A stretch of DNA of 64,000 nucleotides from Trypanosoma brucei (Eukaryota): positions 3,040,001 to 3,104,000 of the forward strand of contig CM000208.1 of NCBI GenBank assembly GCA_000002445.1, given 5' to 3'. The notes below the pieces were generated by a model. The model made no database searches and was not told the DNA's origin. It worked only from the letters and a program-made list of their open reading frames with translations. The position numbers and the translations under genes are program-made. Positions 31,622 to 41,197 of this stretch are shown piece after piece. The first letter of the stretch is position 1, and every line of letters begins with the position of its first letter.

Positions 31622-32245
31622 TTAGTTGACATTTGTGCTTATCCCTACGGGTGCGAGTGTTGGCTTCGGCGGCACCAACGACAGCTTCCCTTCCGTATCT
31701 TTCTGGCACTGTTCATCCAGCCAGTGCTTCCTTTGAGTCTGTACCTCGAGTTCGCGGCGGCGCACCGCCAGCATCGCAGCCTTCCGCCGCCACCAGGAAA
31801 AGTTTTCGTAGAAGAATCGATCCTCCAGGTGGAAATCCTCCGTCTGCCCACCGTTACTCCAGGGCGCACCGATTGGCGCATTCGCATAGGGCCAGAAACG
31901 AATCCCCGTCTGGTCCATGAGGCACGTGCGCCACTCCCACTCTTCATCACGACAAAAAAAAAGTGCCCGTGCCGGCTCCGTCATGTGGCATTTCAACAAC
32001 GTAGCACTCTGCTGCGGGCAGAGGCGGAAGGATGCTTCACTTGCTTGCATGAAAGATGTGACCGTTTGCACGTCTTCTTCCACACATTTCAGTGGGTTTG
32101 CACGCCAGTAGTAGCAGTCACGGCTGGCACTGACAGCGTCCTGGAGTGATGGTAGTGCCTGGTACAGGGGTGCAAATGCTCGGAGGACGGGGGCCGGAAT
32201 GCCATCGCGGAAAATACCTTCCAGTGGTTTTGTGAATTGGTCCAT
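31622..32245 (-). CDS. Twin Cx9C (CHCH-domain) protein, a predicted mitochondrial intermembrane-space protein
   Basis: The track start at 32566 is GTG, so I moved it to the first ATG at 32245 (MDQFTKPLEG...). Two Cx9C pairs are present: CYYWRANPLKC, then a 21-aa loop, then CPQQSATLLKC. Both are followed by an aromatic/Trp-rich segment. Confidence 0.5.
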   Translation of the reverse strand: MDQFTKPLEGIFRDGIPAPVLRAFAPLYQALPSLQDAVSASRDCYYWRANPLKCVEEDVQTVTSFMQASEASFRLCPQQSATLLKCHMTEPARALFFCRDEEWEWRTCLMDQTGIRFWPYANAPIGAPWSNGGQTEDFHLEDRFFYENFSWWRRKAAMLAVRRRELEVQTQRKHWLDEQCQKDTEGKLSLVPPKPTLAPVGISTNVN

Positions 32246-32490
32246 ACGCTTATAAGGGACTACTTCCTCTGTGCCACCAAATAACCTATTTCTCTTTCTC
32301 GATTGTTCCTCGTCAAAAACAAGACCCCTTAGCTTGTTCCTATAAAACCTCGCGTTGCTACTTCCTTCGTTGTTCGCACGTTCACCTCCTTGGCAGCGGG
32401 GTGGTGCACTGGTTCTGTCTAAAAGCCTTATGAGCAGACAACGAAGCAACTGCAAACCGCTAGACAAACCACTCGGTAACTTTGGTGCAC

Positions 32491-32541
32491 AAGAACAACG
32501 GGATGAAGAAAGCAGAGAGGAAAAAACAAAAACTTTTACAC
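32491..32541 (-). promoter_or_regulatory. Polypyrimidine tract and trans-splice acceptor region candidate for the CHCH gene
   Basis: The plus strand is purine-rich (aagaacaacgggatgaagaaagcagagaggaaaaaacaaaaac), giving gtgtaaaagtttttgttttttcctctctgctttcttcatcc on the minus strand. This accounts for the spurious VKVFVFSSLLSS extension in the ORF track. Confidence 0.35.
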
Positions 32542-33916
32542 TACACGAATGCCTACGTACCCACACAAGTTAAGATCGCTGGTGTACGCCTCCATGTGCC
32601 CTGCAAAGTTAGGGCACGTGGTTACTCGTCGGGTTCCTCTATCAAGTACACTTGTTACAGTCAGCAACCGATCATTATGACAGCAAGTGAATGGGTAATA
32701 ATAAGTATAAAATACGGCAGGGGAAGAATAGGCTATATGCTCCTATGTTCCTTCGCCCCTTCTGTTCCCTTTCCTTCTCCCTTCCTTGTCTCCTTTTTCT
32801 TCCCTCAACACCCCCAAGACTGTCGTCTATCCGGTCGTTACCGAAATTATCCACATAAAGCAATTGGCAATAACTTTTGCATCAATACTGTGCACAACAC
32901 CATTTCACGAGAGCGTGTTTCGACAAGCGCACTTGCGCGCAGTCACGAAGGCAATAACACAATATTTATATAAAACATAAACGTAAGCAAAGATAGCGTC
33001 CAGGAAGCAACAATCGAAGAGAAGGATGAAGGAAGCAAAAAAAATTGAAACAAAAAAAGACCAAAATATGCACGAGAGAGGGCGCGACTAAACCCCATCC
33101 CCATTGAAGTGAAAAAAGTCGCAAACCTTTTGAACAATCCTTGAAGCAATAATGAAAATGTTATACATCGAAGGATACGATGAATAGGGATAAAAGTGGT
33201 CAAAATTAACTTCAATACCGTTCCCTTTGGCTGACACTAATCCCAGGGAATGGAACATCTGAGCCCTCTAAGAAGACACGAACAAACACTTAAAGAAAAG
33301 AGCAAAGGGAGAAAAACATCCCATATTCGGTGTGGAAAACTACTCAAACGAAAAGTTGCCGTTGTGCGGTCAAATTACCCCTCAAACTGCGCTGACCCCC
33401 TCACATATTTCTTTTAAAGTGCAGCCGTACGTACGCCACCCACTGTGTTTGCTCCCTATGCACTTCCATATTCCGCCCTCCTAAACAAACGAATACCATG
33501 AGGTGGAGGGAGGGAGGGGGGGCAGAACTGTAGTATGCACAGAGGTGCTCAACCGAATTGTCCGTCCAGCACACCCCAAAGCCTTTACACAAACCTCACT
33601 TGCCCTCTCCCAAACTCACGTTCCACTGTCGTTGCTGCTTTACCCTCAAGACGCTTCTTCCTCCCTTCTCCTACAGTCCAGCTGCATTACTTTGTTCGAC
33701 CGAATCCACCACATCACCTTCACCTCGTTTAACCACAATTTATAACAAAATGAAAATCGAAATTCTTCCTTCTTTACAACTATACCACTGAAGCTTTTCT
33801 TCCCTCCATATTTTTTTAACCTACCCTTACACATCCGCGGTACATCGGATGAGGCAACAACACGCAACAACCGTATAATTTTCCAATTATAAGCATCCTC
33901 TCGAAGCCTCCGAATA

Positions 33917-34891
33917 TCATACCTGGGAGCTGAGAGGCACTGTGGGCATATGCAGAAGTGTAGACACAGGTCCTCGGCAGACGGGGCACTTGGGTGTGTG
34001 CCGCACCAACTCCTCCGCACAGTTTTTGCAAAGACACATATGTCGACAGGGAATCACGGCGGTGTCTTTGGGCAATGTAAGGCAGATAACGCATAGTCCG
34101 TCATCATCATCACCTTGACCACTGGCTGACGAACCTACAACCACCTCAGGCTGTGCACCAACAACACAATTCTCCTCGCAGGCGCCGTAGAGATTTTCTA
34201 CAACGTACGCCGATCCACCGGAGGTCACGACTTGGCTTATGACACGCTGCTTCACGTTTTCCGCGAGGTCCACAGTGGTGTGCTCCGTGTGTTCTGTGAA
34301 AACAGATGACGGTTCTGCACTAGCACCGCTGCCTGAGACGTTGGACTTTTTTATTCGGTAACGCAGGACAACAACGCAGGGTAGTTGTTTGGGATATTGT
34401 GGATTGTAAACGCGTTCTATTTCGTCTAAGTTGGATGCATCGACGACCACACTGACGTCCTTAGTTGTTTGAGAGCCCTCCAGTGAAATGCGAGGGGGTT
34501 CCATCTTGGGTTTGTTTGGCATATAGTACACGTCACCGTTTTTCACACACATTCTTACACCGGTGTGAACTTCGTACGTTAATGAGGCGGTAGAGCTTAT
34601 AATAGAAAAGTTTAACGTACTCGTAGCGGGATCGTACCTCACAGAAAGGGGATCCACGGTCGCCAACATCTTCAAAATCTGACCCTCCTGAACACCGTAT
34701 TGAGAAGCACCACCACTAGGGGAATTGGGCATCTGAACTGATGGTGGTGCTGGTGCCGCCGGCGGTGCATTCAACGGCTGATTTGGATATTGGCCAGCCA
34801 AGTGCGGTGGCATGTGCAGAGGTGGCGGTGCACTACCAGACACACGATTTGGTGGCCGATTATTCCGATTGGCCGACGAGCTCCCCCCCAT
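33917..34891 (-). CDS. N-myristoylated RING-type E3 ubiquitin ligase, MGRN1 (mahogunin)-like
   Basis: A 324-aa ORF with an ATG start that I verified. It begins MGGSSSANR (Gly2 and Ser6 fit the myristoylation consensus) and has a Pro-rich linker. The C-terminus carries a C3HC4 RING finger (CVICLTLPKDTAVIPCRHMCLCKNCAEELVRHTPKCPVCR) preceded by the conserved MGRN1/DAR2-type region (VVLRYRIKK...). Confidence 0.75.
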   Translation of the reverse strand: MGGSSSANRNNRPPNRVSGSAPPPLHMPPHLAGQYPNQPLNAPPAAPAPPSVQMPNSPSGGASQYGVQEGQILKMLATVDPLSVRYDPATSTLNFSIISSTASLTYEVHTGVRMCVKNGDVYYMPNKPKMEPPRISLEGSQTTKDVSVVVDASNLDEIERVYNPQYPKQLPCVVVLRYRIKKSNVSGSGASAEPSSVFTEHTEHTTVDLAENVKQRVISQVVTSGGSAYVVENLYGACEENCVVGAQPEVVVGSSASGQGDDDDGLCVICLTLPKDTAVIPCRHMCLCKNCAEELVRHTPKCPVCRGPVSTLLHMPTVPLSSQV

Positions 34892-35441
34892 CTTATTGGC
34901 CTTCCTTCGAAACCTTCCCTAAATACGAACTTCTCAGTAAGTTGCTCGCCTTCCTTAACGAGCTAACTTATAGGTGTGGTTGCTGATGTAGTTATTTTTC
35001 CCTGTTATTAGTCGCTTCTTCCCGCTCACTGGATGCACCCAAAATTTAGGCTTTGTAGCACCCTCCCTACTGTCTCTGCTTACCTCCCACCTCTGTTACA
35101 ACGCCTGCACTACCGCTTCTTTTGCCCTCTTACTATTCCTTAATGTATGTGTATATATGTGCGCAGACCTTTCGGTAAGGCACTCTCTGATTATTATCAC
35201 CCTCTTGACGGCAGCCGCACCCTCGCGTATATTTGGTGTGCTCACACTTGTTTTATCCCCAACACGATTTCCGCAGGACACAACTAAGAAGGTAAGCATC
35301 GAAAGAAAAGAGAAGACATAGTAACCCAGCATAAGCAAACAGTAACACAAGGGGGAACATAGCAGAAAAATAATTGCATGTCTGCTCGCTCGTTCACCAA
35401 AGCAAACGCAGGAGCTCAACAACTCAAAGCTGAAGGGGGAA

Positions 35442-38321
35442 TCACAGGTAGCCATAGTGCCGTACTGCCCCCGACCCCCGTTTCACCACAGTAACTTTGT
35501 TTTGACTTGCGGATCGACTTGAAGGCGCTGCCGATGCACCAGGACAGTGACTTTCTTCTTTGCCGGGTTTCCCCTGAAGCCTTTTCTGATTTCCAGGTGA
35601 GGCAGAAACTGCCTGGTGACGCGAAGTACGTGAACACCCGGAGCGCTTGTGTAGCATGTGTGCCTTTATCGCTGTTAACTCCTCCTCAAGTGCGGCAAAA
35701 CGCTCACTATCGAGCGATAATGCCCTCGGCGCGCCGGCGACGTTCGGCATATCACCCGCTGTCAACAGCCTACCTGGGTTAGGGGGCTCCACGGCGACGG
35801 TTTCCACAGCCTCTGCGCGCGGGTCCGGTGGCTGGCCCGCAACTGCTTGTCGCCGCCGACATTGCTGGGAACATTCCAGAGCGGTGCGGTACGCTTCGCG
35901 GAGCTGGGCCTTCAGCAATGAGTTCAGATCAACAAGAGACTGCTTTTCACTAGTCAGTGCGTCTACATCCCGACGCGTCAGTTCCAGTTCCTTTGCAAGA
36001 TTGTCACGCTCACGAAGCAAACCTCTGGCATCCTGCTCCAGTTGCAGGCACCGGTGCCGCAGAGACTCAACCTTCCGTGCCAGCGTTCCGTCCTTGTGCG
36101 CGAGGCGTTTTCCCATCACCACCCTCTGTCCTCCGAATCCTGCACCTCTCCCTCTATTGCTGCTACTGCTACGATCACTACTATCGTCCTCATGTGCAGC
36201 TGGTTTATCTGATGGTAATCTATTTTTCTTATTCCCACATAGCGGCTGTTGTTGTTTTCGGCGGTCGCTGTCCCCTCTGGATAAGCAGCCGCATGCAACC
36301 TCACTAGTTTGATGTCGGCGCACGCCTACGTTTTGTTGCTCCAAGAAAACAGCCCCTGTTGAGCGCAAACGCAACACCTCTATTCGATGACGGGACACCT
36401 CTTCCTCTCTCTCGCGTAAGGTACTACGCAATTGATCGTTGTCCTCCCGTGCTCGCAGCAAATCCTCCTGCAGCTCCCGAACGCGGTGCTGCATCTCCTT
36501 TGCAGTCTTCACTGCGGGGTCATTTTGCAATTCTATGGCGAAAGATGAAACCTGCTCACGTATTGCTGCGTTGGCCCTCTCGAGATCGAGAACCTTCCGC
36601 TCAAGTGTTTCTTTATCGCATCGTAGCGCCTCAATAAGCGCCCGGTGACCATTGGCGTCCTCCACTAAGCGATACTGCTCTTCAACAGCGTGCCGTGCCG
36701 CCTCACTGGCATGCAACTCCCGCGTGAGCCGCGCCACCTCCGCTTGTGCACGCTCTTGAGAATCTAACATGCGGCGCTGCTGCATCTGCAGCTCTGCGTG
36801 TGCAAGCTCCACATCACGGCTAGCAGCAATCGTTTTCTCATCTGCAAGTTGCTGGACCTCAAGAGCACGGGCAGCAGTGATTTTCTCTTCTTCACGACTC
36901 TGCTGCAGCTCCCGCCGAAGACGCTCCACTTCGCTGTGTTGTTGCAAGTGTTCTCTCTGAAGGCCGTCACACCGATCCTGGTACTCCCTCACGCGGCACA
37001 TGGCTTCCTTTTTCGCCTCGAGGGCAATCCCCAAATCACATTCTAGCTGTTGCAATCGCAAGGCGAATTGACGTTGCGTCTCGTCCATGTTGCGGCGCTG
37101 TTCCTCTATTTGTGCTGCAGCCTGGTCATACTGCTCCTGGGCCCTCCGGTTCTCGTTAATGAAGTGTCGGGTATCTTCATCACGCTGAAATTGTGTTGTC
37201 TGCAAACGGTCTTGTAACTCAGTTAGCTCCCTTTGAAGCCGACCACATTCCGCTTCTAGTGTGGAAACTCGCTGCACATGCTGACGAACAGTGTCTTCAG
37301 CCGTGGTGATGCCGTGATTCATAGTTGCTCTGCATTCAGCCAGTTTTTGCTCGTATTTTTGTTTCTGATCGGCAGCACTTGCAGTGATCGATTGAAATCG
37401 GTGTTGCAGGAGTTCGTGCTCTTGTTTCAATAGGGAGAGTGCCCTGGACGTCTCACCCAAACGACCTTCATTTTCTACCTTCTCACGCTGTAAGGCATCC
37501 ATCGCATCAACGGACGCGCGGAGCTCCGCTTCTAGCCTATTAACCTGCTGCCTCCACCCTTCCTCCACCTCTGTTGCCAACATTTGCCCCTTTGTCGCCA
37601 ACTCTGCTCGAGCGTCATCAAGTGCCTTGAAGCGTCTTAGGTACTCATCATGTAGTCGCTGCTTCTCCTTCTCCATTAAAATACCCTTGTTATGAATATC
37701 CTCTTTCAACTGTTTTTCCCTCAGTTCATAAGCCCCCTGCATCTGCTGCAACGCTCGCTCCTTTTCCTCCTCCACCTCACGAAGCCTCTGCCCCAGTCGC
37801 TGTGCCTGCTGCTCTGACTCTTCCAAACGCTTTGTTGTAAGGGCGTCGTCTGACCTGTGACGCTTCAGTTCACTGTAAAGTGACTGTACCTGTGTTGCCG
37901 CCTCTGCGAGCGCCGCATCTCGGTCCTTTATGAGGTTGTAGTTGAATTTGTAGTCTTCCTCTGTCTTCAGCAACTGCATACGAACGGCTTCCAGCTCCTC
38001 CTCACGCTGCCTCAATGCATGTTCCAGTGTTGAGATTCGTTGCTCTACGGCGCTGCGGAGCTCATACTGTTTTCGCTCGATCTCTTCGTACTCTGCAGCT
38101 GCATACGAAGAGATTGGTGATGCATCTTCTCCTGATACGCCGACTGACGCAGAAGTAGCCGTTGTGCCATGCGTTGTCGACTGCATCACCATAGGGCTAT
38201 AAATTACGGCACCGCTACTGAAAGACTGGAGACGCTTCGCTGGCGACGACGAAGATGGTGTACGTATCGGCTCATGCTGGACGGGCTGGGCAACATTATG
38301 CATGCCCATGGCCTCCCCCAT
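35442..38321 (-). CDS. Long coiled-coil protein (959 aa), possibly cytoskeletal or flagellar
   Basis: An ATG start that I verified. Heptad-rich sequence is almost continuous from about residue 80 to 640 (many LQ..EL../RLQRELTELQDRLQ blocks). The C-terminus has a Ser/Arg-rich region. Confidence 0.65.
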   Translation of the reverse strand: MGEAMGMHNVAQPVQHEPIRTPSSSSPAKRLQSFSSGAVIYSPMVMQSTTHGTTATSASVGVSGEDASPISSYAAAEYEEIERKQYELRSAVEQRISTLEHALRQREEELEAVRMQLLKTEEDYKFNYNLIKDRDAALAEAATQVQSLYSELKRHRSDDALTTKRLEESEQQAQRLGQRLREVEEEKERALQQMQGAYELREKQLKEDIHNKGILMEKEKQRLHDEYLRRFKALDDARAELATKGQMLATEVEEGWRQQVNRLEAELRASVDAMDALQREKVENEGRLGETSRALSLLKQEHELLQHRFQSITASAADQKQKYEQKLAECRATMNHGITTAEDTVRQHVQRVSTLEAECGRLQRELTELQDRLQTTQFQRDEDTRHFINENRRAQEQYDQAAAQIEEQRRNMDETQRQFALRLQQLECDLGIALEAKKEAMCRVREYQDRCDGLQREHLQQHSEVERLRRELQQSREEEKITAARALEVQQLADEKTIAASRDVELAHAELQMQQRRMLDSQERAQAEVARLTRELHASEAARHAVEEQYRLVEDANGHRALIEALRCDKETLERKVLDLERANAAIREQVSSFAIELQNDPAVKTAKEMQHRVRELQEDLLRAREDNDQLRSTLREREEEVSRHRIEVLRLRSTGAVFLEQQNVGVRRHQTSEVACGCLSRGDSDRRKQQQPLCGNKKNRLPSDKPAAHEDDSSDRSSSSNRGRGAGFGGQRVVMGKRLAHKDGTLARKVESLRHRCLQLEQDARGLLRERDNLAKELELTRRDVDALTSEKQSLVDLNSLLKAQLREAYRTALECSQQCRRRQAVAGQPPDPRAEAVETVAVEPPNPGRLLTAGDMPNVAGAPRALSLDSERFAALEEELTAIKAHMLHKRSGCSRTSRHQAVSASPGNQKRLQGKPGKEESHCPGASAAPSSRSASQNKVTVVKRGSGAVRHYGYL

Positions 38322-38742
38322 CTTTCGACGCGAACCGAAACTTCGCGTTACCCCGCACGCACCTCAGCCCCACAGTTGGTGCCAATGTCTCTAAGGCAGT
38401 GTGAGTAAGCGAGAAAGAAACAGATATAAAGGGTTAGTGACGGTGGAAGCGGAATGAAAGCAACGGTTTAAAACAACTCATTTATTCACGGACAGGGGGG
38501 GGGAACGAAATGATATTGTGTTCTTCCTGCAAAACTTTGCCCTTATACACTTAGAAAACAGCAAAATGGTTAGTGAATATATAGAGGCAGGAAAATAAAC
38601 TGAACTAAGCTATCACGCAACGGTTAGTACCTCAAACATATTCTAAAACAAAAATTGGGGAAGAGAGAGGGGGTAATGCCTTGGAGAAAGCAACAAAAGT
38701 TTCTGAGCGAACAAAACGGAGCAAGCTGATACTCTAACCCTC

Positions 38743-39435
38743 TCAGCAGGCACACCCGCCTTCCTTTTTCTGTTGACGCGTCGGGGGCTCCAGACGTTGC
38801 GCACCACGAGGTCCAGACAAAGAGCCGGGACCTGAATTTGCACCCAAACCGTGCTCAAGAAGAAGCCGCGCAAGTTTTGCAAAAACCTCTTCCACGTTCA
38901 CGTTTTCTTTGGCAGAGACCTCAAAGAAACCGTTGACATCCTCCTCTTGAGCCACTGCTGCACCGTCCTCGTACGACACCTGTCGCAAAGACTCCATGTC
39001 CTTCTTATTTCCCACCAAGATGATGAGAAGAGTTGGGTCTGCATTGGCTCGCAACTCTCGCATCCACATTTGCGCTTTTTTAAGACTCTCTGCGCTCGTT
39101 ATATCGTACACCACAAGTGCGCCGCACGCTCCACGGTAGTAGATGGGGGCGAGAGAGCGGTAGCGCTCCTGCCCTGCTGTATCCCATATTTCGAATTTGA
39201 TTGTCCCACTAGCGGCATTTGCTACTGCGCCCCCGCCACCGGATTGTGAAGTTGCCGATACCGTAACGCTTCGCGAGAGGAAGGCGGCGCCAATAGTGGT
39301 TTCTTGGTTCGAGGAGAACTCGTTGCGCGCAAACCGTAGAGCAATGGAACTCTTTCCTACTGCACTCTCCCCGAGCAAAACAGTTTTGGCGGTTATTGCA
39401 TCCTGTCGTTTGTATGGTGTCGCTGACACCGACAT
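38743..39435 (-). CDS. RAB5A: Rab5-family small GTPase (the symbol is from recollection of T. brucei synteny)
   Basis: The track start at 39528 is GTG, so I moved it to the first ATG at 39435 (MSVSATPYKRQDAITAKTVLLGESAVGKSSIALRF...). It has the P-loop GESAVGKSS, the switch II motif WDTAGQERYRSLAPIYYRGA, NKKD, ESAK, and a C-terminal GGCAC prenylation motif. The effector-loop and YYRGA hallmarks are Rab5-type. A Gly/Ala-rich insertion of about 17 aa (SATSQSGGGGAVANAASG) lies between beta2 and beta3. Confidence 0.85.
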   Translation of the reverse strand: MSVSATPYKRQDAITAKTVLLGESAVGKSSIALRFARNEFSSNQETTIGAAFLSRSVTVSATSQSGGGGAVANAASGTIKFEIWDTAGQERYRSLAPIYYRGACGALVVYDITSAESLKKAQMWMRELRANADPTLLIILVGNKKDMESLRQVSYEDGAAVAQEEDVNGFFEVSAKENVNVEEVFAKLARLLLEHGLGANSGPGSLSGPRGAQRLEPPTRQQKKEGGCAC

Positions 39436-40073
39436 ATTTACAAGTGGTAACTTATCACCGTTTTTTTTCTCACTCCTTTTTTTTTCTTTTCCACGCCCTT
39501 CGCTTATTTTTTGATTTTTGAGACTCACTTCCCTTACCTACCTCCTAAGGTCTTTGCGACAAACTACTCTCCTAGCTTTTGTTGCTCTCTTCTACGTCGT
39601 TTTGGCTTGCTTACACGCTTATGGAGCAGTGAGGGTATTGCCAGCCCCAAAGCACAATGTAAAGAATACACAAAGGGGAGAAGTATGCAAAGGGAATCAA
39701 CAACACGAGAAAAAAAACAGGAGTAGTCAGATCACCCACAGGGACTAAAAAAATCATCACCTCCACCCACCCGTCCGCCAACGGCACTATCTCAAGTACC
39801 TTACATACTTAATGTGTACCCGTGGCGCGCGACGGCCCACTGTTACGGTGCCACAACTTCAGGTTTTCCCAAGCCATTTCCAGTTCGTAGCTAATTTGCA
39901 GTCCACAGACTAGGCTTGAAAGGGGTCCACAACTTCCTTAATTATAACACGACCACTGCCACAACGAGTATCCAAAACTACACCGAACCGTCCGCTCACA
40001 GGTCCACATGGTATCGCTCTCAACGATTATTACGAACAGATAAATCCGCCAAAGACGCGGCAGCCTCGACTAA

Positions 40074-40985
40074 TCACATACACCAACAGCCACTCTTCTT
40101 ACGCCCCCTCTCCTCAGATTTCTTCTTTAAAAGTTTCAACAGTTCTTTCTGCACGGTACCCGGCACAGAGTCCTCTGTTCCTATATATGCGATCGTTCCC
40201 CCGGAGATACCTGCTACCTCCAATGTGTCAGAAAACGATGGTGAACTGACACACAACTCGTTTGGTCCGTTTCCTCGCTTCACCACATGCAGGCGCCATG
40301 GCCTCTTTGATGAGCTTACGCTACGGCTTTCCAATTCCGCCTGACTTACAGTAGAATCCACCATACGGCCGACAACAGTGGTGGGTGTGAAGTGTATAAA
40401 AAATGGAGACACCCCGAACCCCTCAGCAAATACAACTAGAGGTGTCACACAACCCTCAGTTGGTCTTCCAAAGGCCGTGCGTTCGGTGTTACGTGGGCCG
40501 TACTTTGCATTTGAGGCCACAGTTGGATAGCTTGGGGTCGGCCTTGACTCAGGAACGGGTTGCCGCACATGCATTCGCTTGCAGCGGTGGCTCTGTGGAG
40601 CACGGTGCTCAACGCAGTACGTATTTCCACAATCATCACAGATTATAGTGACATGCTCATTTTTTTGGCACTCCCGATAGCTGCAGCGGTTCGACTGTCC
40701 TTCTTTTGTCCCTGGAGATTGAGAAGGCTGGCAACCACTTGTAGTGTGACGCGCCATCGCTTCCGCTGCTGATTGCCCGCAATATTCGAGTTGAACCACC
40801 ATACCACAGCGCTCGCAACGAAGTGGTTGAACGCCAAATGCACAACAGTTGTGACTACCCACTGATGTGTGCTCGGGGCAGAACATCTCACCACAAAAAC
40901 CACATCGAGCGGCAAGGAAGCTGATGTGCCCACAGCCGCTAAAGGTGCACCGTTTGCTCTCGTCGTCACAAACGCCAACTTGCAT
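40074..40985 (-). CDS. AN1-type zinc-finger protein (ZFAND1/Cuz1-like: two AN1 fingers plus a C-terminal ubiquitin-like region)
   Basis: A 303-aa ORF with an ATG start that I verified. It carries two AN1 signatures: CTFSGCGHISFLAARCGFCGEMFCPEHTSVGSHNC and CSYRECQKNEHVTIICDDCGNTYCVEHRAPQSHRC. Confidence 0.75.
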   Translation of the reverse strand: MQVGVCDDESKRCTFSGCGHISFLAARCGFCGEMFCPEHTSVGSHNCCAFGVQPLRCERCGMVVQLEYCGQSAAEAMARHTTSGCQPSQSPGTKEGQSNRCSYRECQKNEHVTIICDDCGNTYCVEHRAPQSHRCKRMHVRQPVPESRPTPSYPTVASNAKYGPRNTERTAFGRPTEGCVTPLVVFAEGFGVSPFFIHFTPTTVVGRMVDSTVSQAELESRSVSSSKRPWRLHVVKRGNGPNELCVSSPSFSDTLEVAGISGGTIAYIGTEDSVPGTVQKELLKLLKKKSEERGRKKSGCWCM

Positions 40986-41197
40986 CGCCGCTCCCCCAAC
41001 CCACCTTCACTACCACTTTAAAGTGATCGGACAGAAGAAACTAGGGAAAGAAATCAAGTGCGCACGGTGCACTTCCATATGAACCGTGATAGGGGTAACC
41101 CTGTCAACTGCATAACAACATGGTAAGAACAAACGCACATTTTAAGCACTTAGGCTTTTATTAATTAACAAGCATCAATTTTCTTCATCCTCCTTTT

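Noticed and set aside
35647-36312. A 221-aa plus-strand ORF antisense to the coiled-coil gene
   Set aside because: It consists of low-complexity Ser/Arg/Ala translation from the reverse strand of a repetitive coiled-coil coding region. There is no start context and no domain.
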